Positions 31,482-43,210 of a DNA stretch of 64,000 nucleotides are shown here, in pieces. This DNA is from Chloroflexota bacterium (lineage in GTDB: Bacteria; Chloroflexota; Dehalococcoidia; Lucifugimonadales; JADFKI01): NCBI GenBank assembly GCA_027623195.1, contig JAQBUT010000006.1, positions 1-64,000 on the forward strand, in the 5' to 3' direction. Below the pieces are notes generated by a model. The model ran no database searches. It was not told the origin of the DNA and was given only the letters and a program-made list of their open reading frames with translations. A program made the position numbers and the translations under genes. Positions within the stretch are counted from its first letter, which is position 1. Each line of letters starts with the position of its first letter.

Positions 31482-32402
31482 CTAACCCCACATGCCTGTG
31501 CTGAGATACCGCTCGCCGATGTCGTTGAAGATGGTGACGAAGCAGCCTCGCCGTTCCCGTCTGGCGACCTCGTATGCGCCCTGCACGTAGGCTCCTGAGG
31601 ACTGTCCCGCGAACATTCCTACCGAAGCCATGAGCTGTGACATCTTGTAACATTCGTCCACGTCAATCTCCAACATTTCGTCCACAACGTTGGCGTCGAA
31701 GATGCTGGGTATGATGTGACCCTCGCTCAGCGGCTTGAGACCCTCTACGCCGGGCCATTCCGGAGGGTTAATGCCCACGATCTTGATGTCCGAGTTGTGT
31801 TCCTTGAGGCGGTGGCCTATGCCGGTAATGGTCCCGCCAGTACCTACACCTGCCACAAAATGCGTAATGCCGGGAACCTGATTGAGAATCTCCTCGGCGG
31901 TGGTGTCGTAGTGCGCCTGAGGATTGTTTTCGTTGTCGTACTGGGAGCGGTAGTAATACTTGTCTGGTTCAGCCTCGTATCGACGCCTGACCTCATACAG
32001 GGCTTCGTCGTAACCCAGCATGGCATCGGTGTATATGATCTCCGCTCCGTGAGCCTTTATACGCTTCTTGCGCTCCTCGCTAGCGTTTTCTGGCATGACC
32101 AGCGCGACCTTGTATCCGAGAATGGCCCCGATCATAGCGTAGGCAATGCCAGCGTTACCGGAGGTGGCATCCAGTATGGTCTTGCTCTTGTCTAGTTCAC
32201 CCGACAGGATGGCCTCCACCAGCATGCGCATGACCGGCCTGTCCTTAAGTGAGCCGCCAGGGTTCAGGTGCTCGTACTTCGCATTTATCTCGGCATCCCC
32301 TATGTCCACGGGAAGCTTCAATTTGACCATGGGAGTGTTGCCAATGGCCAGCAATGGGGGATATTGGGCTATGAAATTCAGGTACTCTTGAGACAGTGGC
32401 AA
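31482..32402 (-). CDS. cysM: PLP-dependent cysteine synthase family protein
   Basis: 'IGNTP', 'NPGGSLKDR', 'ATSGNAG', 'GVGTGGT'. Confidence 0.9.
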   Translation of the reverse strand: MPLSQEYLNFIAQYPPLLAIGNTPMVKLKLPVDIGDAEINAKYEHLNPGGSLKDRPVMRMLVEAILSGELDKSKTILDATSGNAGIAYAMIGAILGYKVALVMPENASEERKKRIKAHGAEIIYTDAMLGYDEALYEVRRRYEAEPDKYYYRSQYDNENNPQAHYDTTAEEILNQVPGITHFVAGVGTGGTITGIGHRLKEHNSDIKIVGINPPEWPGVEGLKPLSEGHIIPSIFDANVVDEMLEIDVDECYKMSQLMASVGMFAGQSSGAYVQGAYEVARRERRGCFVTIFNDIGERYLSTGMWG

Positions 32403-32591
32403 TATGTCATCTCCTCGGCCTCGAAGGTCGAATTAAAGTATATCCACCAGTAACAGCGCCGTCCAGTGTAGGCGGGCCGCGACACCTGCTCTATGAATCG
32501 GATAAAATGATTTCGGCTTGAATGGCGCCAATTATTCGGGCCAATGATTTGCACTGCCGGGGCACCACCTAAAGTGCGACGCGCCGTTTGA

Positions 32592-34646
<2,055 letters not shown>

Positions 34647-34684
34647 CACAGAACTGGCCGTTCTGATTCTACAAGAGGCAGAAG

Positions 34685-35659
34685 CTAAGAAAACTCCGGG
34701 ACTACCTCGCTCAAGAACGTGTCCAATTGCGCTTGCTGATCCAGCGCGGCAAATCTTACTACGATGGTCTCTGCGCCAGCCTCGACGTACCGTTGCATGC
34801 GCTCAATCGTGCGCTCCGAGTGACCGTAGGGTCCCCAACGGTCGCCCCAGAAGTTCATGCCATAGTAGAGGTGTAAGAACTGGTTTGCCTCTGCGTCAGC
34901 CTTGGCCTCGTCGGCCTGCATATTGACCGTCATGTAGAAAGTGCGCTCCAGCTTGGACGGGTCCTTGCCATAGTCGTGGGCGTACCCCTGCACCTTTTCG
35001 ACTAACCTGGCGTACTCATCAGGGTAGTCAGAGATCGACATTATGCCGTCCCCCAACCTGGCCGCTCTTCGGAACTGGGCCTCGCGCCCCGTGTTCCAAT
35101 GACAAGCCACCAGAAAAGGCACTCCCCCCTTTTGCAAGGCGTGGGGCTGCACCCGGAGCGACTCAAAATCAAAATGCGCACCATGATGGGTTACGACCTC
35201 GCCAGCCGTCAGGCGCTTGGCGACGTCGACAACCTCTTCGAAGCGGCCGGCCCTTTGTTTGGGGTCCACGCCCGCGTTAAGCCACTCCTGACGCTGGTCT
35301 TCGTTGAAGGCGCCTCCTACGCCCGCGCCAATGATGGCCCGGCCGCTTGAGATGAGGTCCAGACTACCCAGCACGTGTGCCAGCGTAACCGGGTGCCGCA
35401 GGGCCGCCAGGAGTACCGACGTTCCCAACCGTACCCTCTTGGTGCGGGAGGCGATGGCCGCAAGGGTCGTCAACGGCTCCAATCTAGGCTTGGCCGTCAG
35501 GCTGTCGCCAACCCAGACCGAGTCCAGTCCCGCCTTCTCAACCTGCTCCGCCATAGAGAGCACAGTCTCGATATCCTGGGGGGCCTCGCCGGTCATTATC
35601 AGGCGTCGTGTGGGAAGGAGAACGCCAATCTTGACCTTAGTCATTCCCTTGTAATCCAA
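34685..35659 (-). CDS. LLM-class flavin/F420-dependent oxidoreductase
   Basis: 'GLDSVWVGDS..AKPRLEP', 'LGTSVL...RHP'; downstream of cofD-cofC. Confidence 0.9.
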   Translation of the reverse strand: MDYKGMTKVKIGVLLPTRRLIMTGEAPQDIETVLSMAEQVEKAGLDSVWVGDSLTAKPRLEPLTTLAAIASRTKRVRLGTSVLLAALRHPVTLAHVLGSLDLISSGRAIIGAGVGGAFNEDQRQEWLNAGVDPKQRAGRFEEVVDVAKRLTAGEVVTHHGAHFDFESLRVQPHALQKGGVPFLVACHWNTGREAQFRRAARLGDGIMSISDYPDEYARLVEKVQGYAHDYGKDPSKLERTFYMTVNMQADEAKADAEANQFLHLYYGMNFWGDRWGPYGHSERTIERMQRYVEAGAETIVVRFAALDQQAQLDTFLSEVVPEFS

Positions 35660-36341
35660 GCGGGTATTCCCTAGTTAGACTGGCCGATAGGTCGGACCAT
35701 CCAGTGAGCTTCCCGAGAAATCCGGGCTCTATTTCTTCGCATCGATTAAGGTCCGCCGGGGTATCCAGATCCAGGGAGAAGCCAGGGCTTTCGCAAACTG
35801 AATACGGCAATCCCAACGCCTGCGCCAGGTCCTGGTGGCGTCGAAAACTGTCCTTGCCTAGGGCAGGGCGAAACCCCGAACTAGCGGGCACAAACATCGC
35901 GTTGGTCCCGGCATCGCGTTGAGCGGGGGCCAACGCCAGTTTTGTTCCAGCCTCCGAGGCCGTTAACAGGGCCACGATATCGCTGGACTGCAGGAAAGGC
36001 AGGTCCGCCGGCAGGTACAGGCTCGGCAGGTCAACCTCGTCTGCCGCATTCATGGCATTGGATACGGCGTCATTAAGGCCCGTTCCAAGGTCTTCGTGCC
36101 ACTGCGCGCCCAGTTGCCGTGCACGCTCTCGCACCTGATCATCTCCGCCGATTACCCATATTCCGGTTACGGCCGATTCCATGGCTACCTTTACGACGTG
36201 CGAGAACATGCCCATGGCCAGCGCAGCCCTTGAACCGGAGTCTAGCTCTTTAGACAGGCGCGACTTGGCAAGGTGCAGGGGTTTCATGGGAATTAACACC
36301 GTTACGTGCAGGTCCCCGCTAATAGAGGAAATATTCATCAC
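35637..36341 (-). CDS. cofC: 2-phospho-L-lactate/PEP guanylyltransferase (F420 biosynthesis)
   Basis: 'IPMK...AKSRLS', 'GLN.A', 'PADLP', 'GTNA', 'DLDTPADL'. Confidence 0.92.
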   Translation of the reverse strand: MMNISSISGDLHVTVLIPMKPLHLAKSRLSKELDSGSRAALAMGMFSHVVKVAMESAVTGIWVIGGDDQVRERARQLGAQWHEDLGTGLNDAVSNAMNAADEVDLPSLYLPADLPFLQSSDIVALLTASEAGTKLALAPAQRDAGTNAMFVPASSGFRPALGKDSFRRHQDLAQALGLPYSVCESPGFSLDLDTPADLNRCEEIEPGFLGKLTGWSDLSASLTREYPLGLQGND

Positions 36342-37267
36342 GTCAGCTCGCAGATGAAGTGTGCAAGCCTGACTTTATCATCGTAAGTGCTCATAATGGT
36401 ATTAGTGATCTCAACCTTCATTCCCAACTGCTCTATTTGCAGAGCCAGGTGACGGTCCTGCTCATCGATGACAAAAACGTCACAGAGGCCCACGTATTGC
36501 CGGGCGACGCCAACGCAGGAGACGTCATGCCCCAATTCACGTAAAAGTTTTGCCGCCGGTCCCTTGATAGCCTGCCCCCCAACGATGGGGCTTACGGCAA
36601 CCCTCCTGCCTTGGAAGCTTTCAATTGCCTTTTGCACCCCTTGAACGGCCAGTATGGGTGCCACGCTAATGAAGGGATTGGACGGGCAGAAAACCAGCGC
36701 CTCGGATGTCGCCAAGGCGGTAGCGAATGCTGGCGAAGGCCGTGCGTCATCGGCTCCTACGAACCTGATATGGGATACGACAGGCTCGCTGCGATTTTGA
36801 ACGAAGTAGGTTTGCATAGCAAGGTCGCCCATGTCGGTGGACAGCACGGTACGCACGCTGTCGTCGCTCATGGGGAAGACCGCGTGTCGCACGCCAAGGG
36901 CGGTACACAGCGATTGCGTGACCTGCGAAAGCGCCTGGCCCTGGCTAAGCAGGTGGGTACGCCGTATGTGAGTGGCAAGGTCCAAATCCCCCAAATTGAA
37001 CCAGGCGTCGGCTCCGTACTGTCGAAGACGCTCGAGCGTGCGGAAGCTCTCGCCTTCAATGCCCCATCCCATCTCAGTATTGGAAATGCCAGCAAGCGTA
37101 TACATCACCGTATCCACGTCGGGCGAGACGTGCAGGCCGTGGAACTCCTCATCGTCGCCGGTATTGACTACGATGGAAAGTTGGTCCGGTTCCAGCACGC
37201 CACATAGGCCAAGAGCCAGCTTCGCCCCGCCCACGCCGCCTGCCAGTGCCAGGATGGGAGTCTTCAA
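36338..37267 (-). CDS. cofD: 2-phospho-L-lactate transferase (F420 biosynthesis); likely TTG start
   Basis: 'LAGGVGGAKL', 'NTGDD', 'SPDVDT.MYTL', 'LGDLDLATH', 'PSNP.ISV', 'KGPA'. Confidence 0.95.
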   Translation of the reverse strand: MKTPILALAGGVGGAKLALGLCGVLEPDQLSIVVNTGDDEEFHGLHVSPDVDTVMYTLAGISNTEMGWGIEGESFRTLERLRQYGADAWFNLGDLDLATHIRRTHLLSQGQALSQVTQSLCTALGVRHAVFPMSDDSVRTVLSTDMGDLAMQTYFVQNRSEPVVSHIRFVGADDARPSPAFATALATSEALVFCPSNPFISVAPILAVQGVQKAIESFQGRRVAVSPIVGGQAIKGPAAKLLRELGHDVSCVGVARQYVGLCDVFVIDEQDRHLALQIEQLGMKVEITNTIMSTYDDKVRLAHFICELT

Positions 37268-37420
37268 TTCGAGTTCCGCAAAGTAGTATTCCTCTTGCCG
37301 CCACAATATCCGCCACAATCCATGTCTCGTGCCGGGCACTGGGGTTAATAGACCGAACAAATGTAACACCTATGCTAAAATCGTGGCAATACAGGGGCAG
37401 AACCATAGAGAGGTCCTCGC

Positions 37421-38635
37421 ATTTACATCAGCCACCTGAGCCTTCTGAACTTCCGCAACTACGAGCACTTGGAACTGGATTTGAAACCAGGAATGGTGCT
37501 GTTTCAGGGCGATAACGGTCAGGGCAAGAGCAACCTCCTGGAGGCCATATACATGCTCGCCGTGGCCAAGTCGCCCAGGGCGTCATCCGACCGTGAGTTG
37601 GTCAAACGGCAACTTGTGGACGAGGAGACATACTCCCGCGTGGCCGCCATTGTAGAGAGGGGAATCGAACATGGAGGCGGCCCCCTGAAGCTGCAGATGG
37701 ACTTCAGCAGCACTCCTATCCCTACCGAGGACGAGGACGACAATCTCGGCTCCATCGGCGGAATATCGGTGCAGAAGTACATTCGGATTAACGGCGTGCC
37801 TCGTCGCGCCTCCACTTTAGTCGGCCAGCTAAACGCAGTAATGTTTAGCGCGGAGGATTTGGAGCTGGTTTACGGCCCGCCTTCGGTACGCCGTCGCTAT
37901 ATGGATATTCTCATCTCTCAGTTGGACCAGAATTACCTGCGGGCCCTTCAACGCTACCAGAGGGTCATCACACAGCGAAACTCGCTATTGAAAGCCATTC
38001 GCGAAGGCCGATCAGCAGAAGGGGAACTGGCCTTCTGGGACGAGCAACTGGTGAGCGAGGGAGAGTACATAATTGGCCAACGCCGTGCCTGTATACAGCA
38101 GCTTTCAGAGATGGCCGGGCCTATTCAGCGAGGGCTAAGTGGCAACGGCGAGTCCATGGAAATCATCTACCAACCCAACGTCAGCCTGGGCAACGGCGAC
38201 GACGAGGGAGGCATTGCCGAATCAATGCATCGGTCCCTCCTGGAGAGACGCCGCCGAGAATTAGCCCAAGGCGTCACGGTTACAGGGCCACACCGCGACG
38301 ATTTGATAATGTTGTTGGACGGTATGGACGTGGGAGCCTACGCGTCTAGAGGACAGTCGCGAACGGTGGTGCTGGCCATGAAGCTGGCCGAGGCTGGCTA
38401 CCTGAAAGAGCGTCGCGGGCAGGAGCCGATTCTTCTATTGGACGACGTTCTTTCCGAGCTTGATGTCAGACGACGTGAGCATGTGCTGGACCAGGCATCC
38501 CAATATCAACAGAGCTTTCTCACTACTGCGGAGGTAGACAGCATCGACGCTGCCCACCTGTCAGGTATGAATCGGTTTGCCGTAAAGTCCGGGCATGCGG
38601 AGCCGATGGGGTCTACAACGGACGTCATCGACTAA
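37421..38635 (+). CDS. recF: DNA replication/repair protein RecF (apparent ATT start)
   Basis: (I)YISHLSLLNFRNY N-terminus, GDNGQGKSNLLEA, GPHRDD, SRGQ, LLLDDVLSELD. Confidence 0.95.
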   Translation: MYISHLSLLNFRNYEHLELDLKPGMVLFQGDNGQGKSNLLEAIYMLAVAKSPRASSDRELVKRQLVDEETYSRVAAIVERGIEHGGGPLKLQMDFSSTPIPTEDEDDNLGSIGGISVQKYIRINGVPRRASTLVGQLNAVMFSAEDLELVYGPPSVRRRYMDILISQLDQNYLRALQRYQRVITQRNSLLKAIREGRSAEGELAFWDEQLVSEGEYIIGQRRACIQQLSEMAGPIQRGLSGNGESMEIIYQPNVSLGNGDDEGGIAESMHRSLLERRRRELAQGVTVTGPHRDDLIMLLDGMDVGAYASRGQSRTVVLAMKLAEAGYLKERRGQEPILLLDDVLSELDVRRREHVLDQASQYQQSFLTTAEVDSIDAAHLSGMNRFAVKSGHAEPMGSTTDVID

Positions 38636-38681
38636 TACGGTAGCTCAAAGACTTTCGACACTCCCATACAATCATCTTTTC

Positions 38682-39221
38682 TTAACGTAATTGCGCGGCG
38701 AATTTTTCTCGAAACTTTTTCATTTTCGGGTCGATCACGATTCGGCAATACATGCTGTCGGGGTTTTCCATGTAGTACTGCTTATGTTCGGCCTCGGCTT
38801 CGTAAAACTTCTCTAGCCGAACGATTTCCGTTACTACCGGCCCGCCCAAACCGCCAGATTCATTTAATTCACCCACAAAGGCCTCCGCCAGCTGTTTCTG
38901 GTCATCATTTGTGTAAAGAATGACAGAGCGATACTGGGTGCCCTGGTCCGCTCCCTGACGGTTGAGCGTCGTTGGGTCGTGGGTGGCAAAGAATACAGTC
39001 AGAAGGTCCCTAAAGGCTATTTCGGAGGGGTCGAACTGGACTCTAGACACCTCGGCATGTCCAGTCGTCTCACTACATACCTGTCGATATGACGGATTTT
39101 CAGTGTGCCCTCCGGCATAACCAGGGGTAACTGAGACTACGCCTTTAAATTCGGCAAACACCGCCTCGGTACACCAGAAACATCCCCCGCCAAATACGGC
39201 AACCTCGTTATTATTTTCCAT
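38682..39221 (-). CDS. msrA: Peptide-methionine (S)-S-oxide reductase
   Basis: GGCFWC, 'TGHAE', 'HDPT.LNRQG.D.GTQYRS', 'AE.EH..YY'. Confidence 0.97.
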   Translation of the reverse strand: MENNNEVAVFGGGCFWCTEAVFAEFKGVVSVTPGYAGGHTENPSYRQVCSETTGHAEVSRVQFDPSEIAFRDLLTVFFATHDPTTLNRQGADQGTQYRSVILYTNDDQKQLAEAFVGELNESGGLGGPVVTEIVRLEKFYEAEAEHKQYYMENPDSMYCRIVIDPKMKKFREKFAAQLR

Positions 39222-39552
39222 AATATTTCCCCATCAAATTTGTCTTGGGGCATATTGTAGCAGGCCTAACTAAGGTACCGCGCCACGAGATATTTCCTTC
39301 TATAAGCCTGACTAAACTCAATAAGCACCCCAAGCACCCTTTGACCGTCGCGAAGGGGCCGAAAGTAAAAGGAAGGTGTCCGGTACATCTTGACGTTTGT
39401 GCAGCCCGCCAAACACGATGAAATGCGCCTTCTTAACCCCCGCCTTCGGTACACCAGGGCCAACCCTTTGCAATTAATGAACTAACCCTTAGCCTCTGGC
39501 TTAGAATCCGGTGCATTTATCCCGTTACACCACTTTGTAAAGGTATGCATGG

Positions 39553-39570
39553 GGTGTGCGGATGGTGTGC
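39553..39570 (+). promoter_or_regulatory. Heptamer direct repeat with 11-bp period (candidate SARP/BTAD operator)
   Basis: GGTGTGC-ggat-GGTGTGC; inverted copy GCACACC at 39662-39668. Confidence 0.35.
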
Positions 39571-39599
39571 TGGCACGTAGTTTATTCGGGTTAACACCG

Positions 39600-39629
39600 T
39601 TGTCTACCCTGCCAAACCCTACCTATAAT
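39600..39629 (+). promoter_or_regulatory. Sigma70-type promoter of the large regulator
   Basis: TTGTCT-18nt-TATAAT. Confidence 0.65.
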
Positions 39630-39677
39630 TAGGCCTACAATTAGCTCAGGAAAATCGTTAAGCACACCGGCTCAAAC

Positions 39678-42600
39678 ATGGAACAGGCAAGATTTTCAAA
39701 TAACCCAAAATACACCGTCCCAGAACCTCGCTCTGCTGTGGTTCGAAGACAGCGTCTGGTCGATTTTCTACATCAAAACGTCGACCAGCCCCTGCAACTC
39801 ATCTGCGCGCCTGCCGGTTACGGCAAGACCACCCTCATGGCAGACTTTGCGGCAGACACCGAGCTTACTGTTTGTTGGCTCGCGGTTGATGAGTTGGACA
39901 GGGACCCCAGGTCCTTTGCCACCAGCCTGTTCGAGGCTCTCCATACGCGTTTTCCCAACCTGGAAAACCCGGCGAAACTTGTGCAGGCCATGTCCCAGGA
40001 GGCCAACGCCGACTGGCAGACGATGATCCACAGCATTGTGGATGGCATTAGCAAGGGCATACCCGAGTATTTCATCTTCGTCATCGATGATTTTCACATC
40101 GTATCGTCCAGTCCTGAGGTGCATGATGCGCTAGATTTTGTCCTTCAGCGCCTGCCGGACAACTGTCGAATAATCCTGTCTACCAGGGAACTGCCACAAA
40201 TAGCGTCCCTACCCAAGTTAATAAGTCAACGTAGCGTTGCCGGGCTTGGGCCAGGAGAACTGAAGTTCACCTCGGACGAGATCAAAGACCTGCTTAAGAA
40301 GCACTTCGACCTGGAGGTTAGCGACGAGGAAGCCAAGCGTATGGAGCAGGAATCGGAAGGCTGGATCACGGCCATCCTGCTCACCACCCACAGCCTTTGG
40401 AAGGGCCTATTCCAGGAGGTCCTAAGTAAGCAGGGCGAAAATACACTTCTGTACGAGTACATGGCCTCCGAGGTTTTCTCCCAGCAACCGATGGTAATTC
40501 AGGACTTCCTCCTGGCGACAAGCATTTTCAACGAGTTCGACGCGGAGTGCAGCAGGGCAGTCACTGATTCCGATAACGTGGAGGAAATTCTTAAGGAGAT
40601 CGAAGGAAGGAACCTGTTTGTCTCCCGCATAGAAGGTGCAAAGCCATGGTTCCGGTATCACCATCTATTCAGGGACTTTCTCAGAGACAAAATTGCTACT
40701 GAAGACCCAGCGCGTCAAATTCAGCTCCACGCCAAGGCAGCCGACTACCACCTTCAGCGGGGCGACGTAAGACAGGCCATACACTTCAACATCGTGGGCC
40801 ACAGGTATGATGAGGCTCTAGACCTATTGGAGGATGAGGTAGAATCCCTTGCCCGTGAAGGCTTGTGGGACACCTTGGGCGGAATGATAGAGCAGATTCC
40901 CGAGGAGTTTCGCGAACGCAGGTCGAGGCTTCTTCTCTATTTTGCCAATTACCACGAACACAGAGGAAGAAACGACGAGTCGATCAAGATCCTTAGCCGA
41001 ATAATTGAGGTCTTTCGGGAGGAAGGGAACTATGTCCTGGAGTCCAGGGCCCTGATGCGACGCAGTGTCGCACTTCGGGCAAAAGGGGCCAGCCAGATGG
41101 CCGTAAGGGATGCCCGCATGGCCCTTTCCATTACGATCGAGTATGGCAGTCTCCGGGATCAGGCTGACGCCCACAGCCACCTGGGCCGGGCGTACGGAAC
41201 TCAGGGCAAATTCCCTATGGCCGAAGAGGAATGCAAGCTGGCATTGGAAGGATATCAACAGGAAGGCGATCTTTTCCAGCTATCCCATACCCACGGAATG
41301 CTTGGCCTCGCATACACTGAGATGGGTCAATTCCCCCAGGCTGCAACTCATTACGAGATGGCAGTCCAGGGCTGGAAGAAGATCGGCAACGAACGCGACC
41401 TCGCGCTCACCCTGGGCAACGTAGCGTGCCTCTATTACCAGCAGGGACGATACGATGAGGCAGTGGAAACCGGCAACGAATCTTTGGAAAAGGCTGTGGC
41501 GACAAATAACGTGCGTACCCAATCTTACGCATACGCCAATCTGGGAGACGTGCGTCGAGAGCAGGGCGCGTTTGGAGTTGCCTTGGGCCACTACCAGAAG
41601 GCGCTGGATCTAGCCAGAGAATGCACCTTGGCCCCCATGGTAAGCTACTGCAGCATCAACATGGGCGAGACTTATCGGCTGATGGGAGATAAGTTGAGGG
41701 CGAAAGGGCTTCTTAAGGAGGGCCTATCGTTAGCCAACGACCTTGACCTGGAGAATGAACGGGGCCTGGCGTACACGTCCCTGGGCATAATAGAGGCTGC
41801 CAGCGGTAACACCGACGAAAGCATTACGGTTCTGGATAGGGCGTGTGAGTTGCTGCAGCGCGCCAATCAAAAGCGGAACCTTGCGCTGGCTAAATTCCAC
41901 ATGGCACACGTATTTTTCCAGACCAAGAACTATGACGCCGCATTGGAGTACCTGGAACAGGTTGCGTCCCTCTGTCAGGATTTAGGTCACGTTCAGTTCC
42001 TCCTGGAAGATGCCAAGCATGCGTCATTAATGTTGCAGTACTTGGCCGCCTCCGATGGCAATTTGCGACAGTTCTTCAACGACATCAAAGACGAAATCAG
42101 CAGACAGTCCGACGGTAATTCCCCAGCAGCCAACGCCTACCTCGATCCCGAAGAACTCCCGATCAATGGCTCATCTAATGAAGAAAGCGACAGCCCTACG
42201 GAAATAGAGGTAAAAGGGTTTGGACAATTAAGGATTTACCTGGGAGGAAATCCAATCCTGAATTCCGCTTGGGGTTCCAGCAAGGCCCAAGAGATGTTCC
42301 TTTATATGCTTCGACTGAGGGAGCCTGCCTCCAAGGCAGATATCATGGAGGCGCTATGGCCTCACATTTCAGCCTCTAAGGCAAACTCCAATTTTCATTC
42401 CACCTTGCACAGAATGAAATCGGCTCTGCACCCTCAATGTGTGGAAGCCAACGGCGAGCTATACCAGATGAATCCTAACTGGGGCTACACTTTCGATGTC
42501 GGCTCCTTCGAGGAGACCATACTCAATGCCCGGAATCTGGCCAGCAATAACCCCGAGCGAATTCTGCTTCTGTCACAAGCTGTGAAGGCCTACAAGAACC

Positions 42601-42929
42601 CGGTACTCGGAGACACTGATGCAGCCTGGTGCAATCAGCTTCGGACGGAACTGGAAACGGCGTTCTGGCAAGCTGTGAACGAACTTTCGGACTCCTGGAA
42701 GGCAAGCGGAAATGTAGCGCAGAGCTTATCCATTTTGGAAGAAGCGCTGGAAGTGGACGAATACCAGGAGGAGATATACCACAAGCTGGCCGATCTTTAC
42801 ACAGAAGCTGGCGACCTTGCTTCAGCCTCTAGCACACAACGACGGTTGAAATCGATTTTCGGAGAAACAATCCAGCTATTTGCCGCTTCAGGCGGCACGT
42901 CAGATGCGGCAGACTCCGAAAAACATTAA
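39678..42929 (+). CDS. MalT-like STAND ATPase-TPR-wHTH/BTAD transcriptional regulator
   Basis: 'R.RL', APAGYGKTT, 'IDDFH', 'EGW', 'FRYHHLFRDFL'; many TPR-like repeats; C-terminal 'GFG.LRI...W.S.KA.EMF..L...LWP...FH..L.R' followed by a BTAD-like region. Confidence 0.9.
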   Translation: MEQARFSNNPKYTVPEPRSAVVRRQRLVDFLHQNVDQPLQLICAPAGYGKTTLMADFAADTELTVCWLAVDELDRDPRSFATSLFEALHTRFPNLENPAKLVQAMSQEANADWQTMIHSIVDGISKGIPEYFIFVIDDFHIVSSSPEVHDALDFVLQRLPDNCRIILSTRELPQIASLPKLISQRSVAGLGPGELKFTSDEIKDLLKKHFDLEVSDEEAKRMEQESEGWITAILLTTHSLWKGLFQEVLSKQGENTLLYEYMASEVFSQQPMVIQDFLLATSIFNEFDAECSRAVTDSDNVEEILKEIEGRNLFVSRIEGAKPWFRYHHLFRDFLRDKIATEDPARQIQLHAKAADYHLQRGDVRQAIHFNIVGHRYDEALDLLEDEVESLAREGLWDTLGGMIEQIPEEFRERRSRLLLYFANYHEHRGRNDESIKILSRIIEVFREEGNYVLESRALMRRSVALRAKGASQMAVRDARMALSITIEYGSLRDQADAHSHLGRAYGTQGKFPMAEEECKLALEGYQQEGDLFQLSHTHGMLGLAYTEMGQFPQAATHYEMAVQGWKKIGNERDLALTLGNVACLYYQQGRYDEAVETGNESLEKAVATNNVRTQSYAYANLGDVRREQGAFGVALGHYQKALDLARECTLAPMVSYCSINMGETYRLMGDKLRAKGLLKEGLSLANDLDLENERGLAYTSLGIIEAASGNTDESITVLDRACELLQRANQKRNLALAKFHMAHVFFQTKNYDAALEYLEQVASLCQDLGHVQFLLEDAKHASLMLQYLAASDGNLRQFFNDIKDEISRQSDGNSPAANAYLDPEELPINGSSNEESDSPTEIEVKGFGQLRIYLGGNPILNSAWGSSKAQEMFLYMLRLREPASKADIMEALWPHISASKANSNFHSTLHRMKSALHPQCVEANGELYQMNPNWGYTFDVGSFEETILNARNLASNNPERILLLSQAVKAYKNPVLGDTDAAWCNQLRTELETAFWQAVNELSDSWKASGNVAQSLSILEEALEVDEYQEEIYHKLADLYTEAGDLASASSTQRRLKSIFGETIQLFAASGGTSDAADSEKH

Positions 42930-42958
42930 TTAACTCCCGAACATACCTCCAAAAAACT

Positions 42959-43004
42959 TGGCCTTGCCAATGCGAATGTTGCATTAGCAAGGCCATTTCT
43001 TTTT
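42959..43004 (+). terminator. Intrinsic terminator after the regulator
   Basis: tggccttgccaatgc-gaatgtt-gcattagcaaggcca plus tttcttttt. Confidence 0.7.
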
Positions 43005-43105
43005 GTCCGAGGTTATTCGTGAGTGACATGCCAGTCGCAATTTGCTATCCTCCCCCTTATTCAGTCTAGCTACAATTTGGCTAGCGGAAAGGAGGAGGTT
43101 CTATT

Positions 43106-43210
43106 ATGAGGCTCAAGAAAGCTTACTGGCAGGTGCTATCCGTGGCTCTCACGGTTGGCGCTTTGTTGGTTCTCACACTAGGGACCGCCCTTGCCGGCAA
43201 CTGGGACTAG
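43106..43210 (+). CDS. 34-aa secreted propeptide (signal peptide + GNWD); not in ORF track
   Basis: AAAGGAGGAGG RBS 7 nt before ATG; MRLKKAYWQVLSVALTVGALLVLTLGTALA-GNWD; TACAAT -10-like hexamer at 43071-43076. Confidence 0.85.
   Translation: MRLKKAYWQVLSVALTVGALLVLTLGTALAGNWD

Noticed and set aside
34685..37267. cofD-cofC-LLM F420 cluster as a novelty
   Set aside because: F420 biosynthesis and LLM expansion are already known in Chloroflexota
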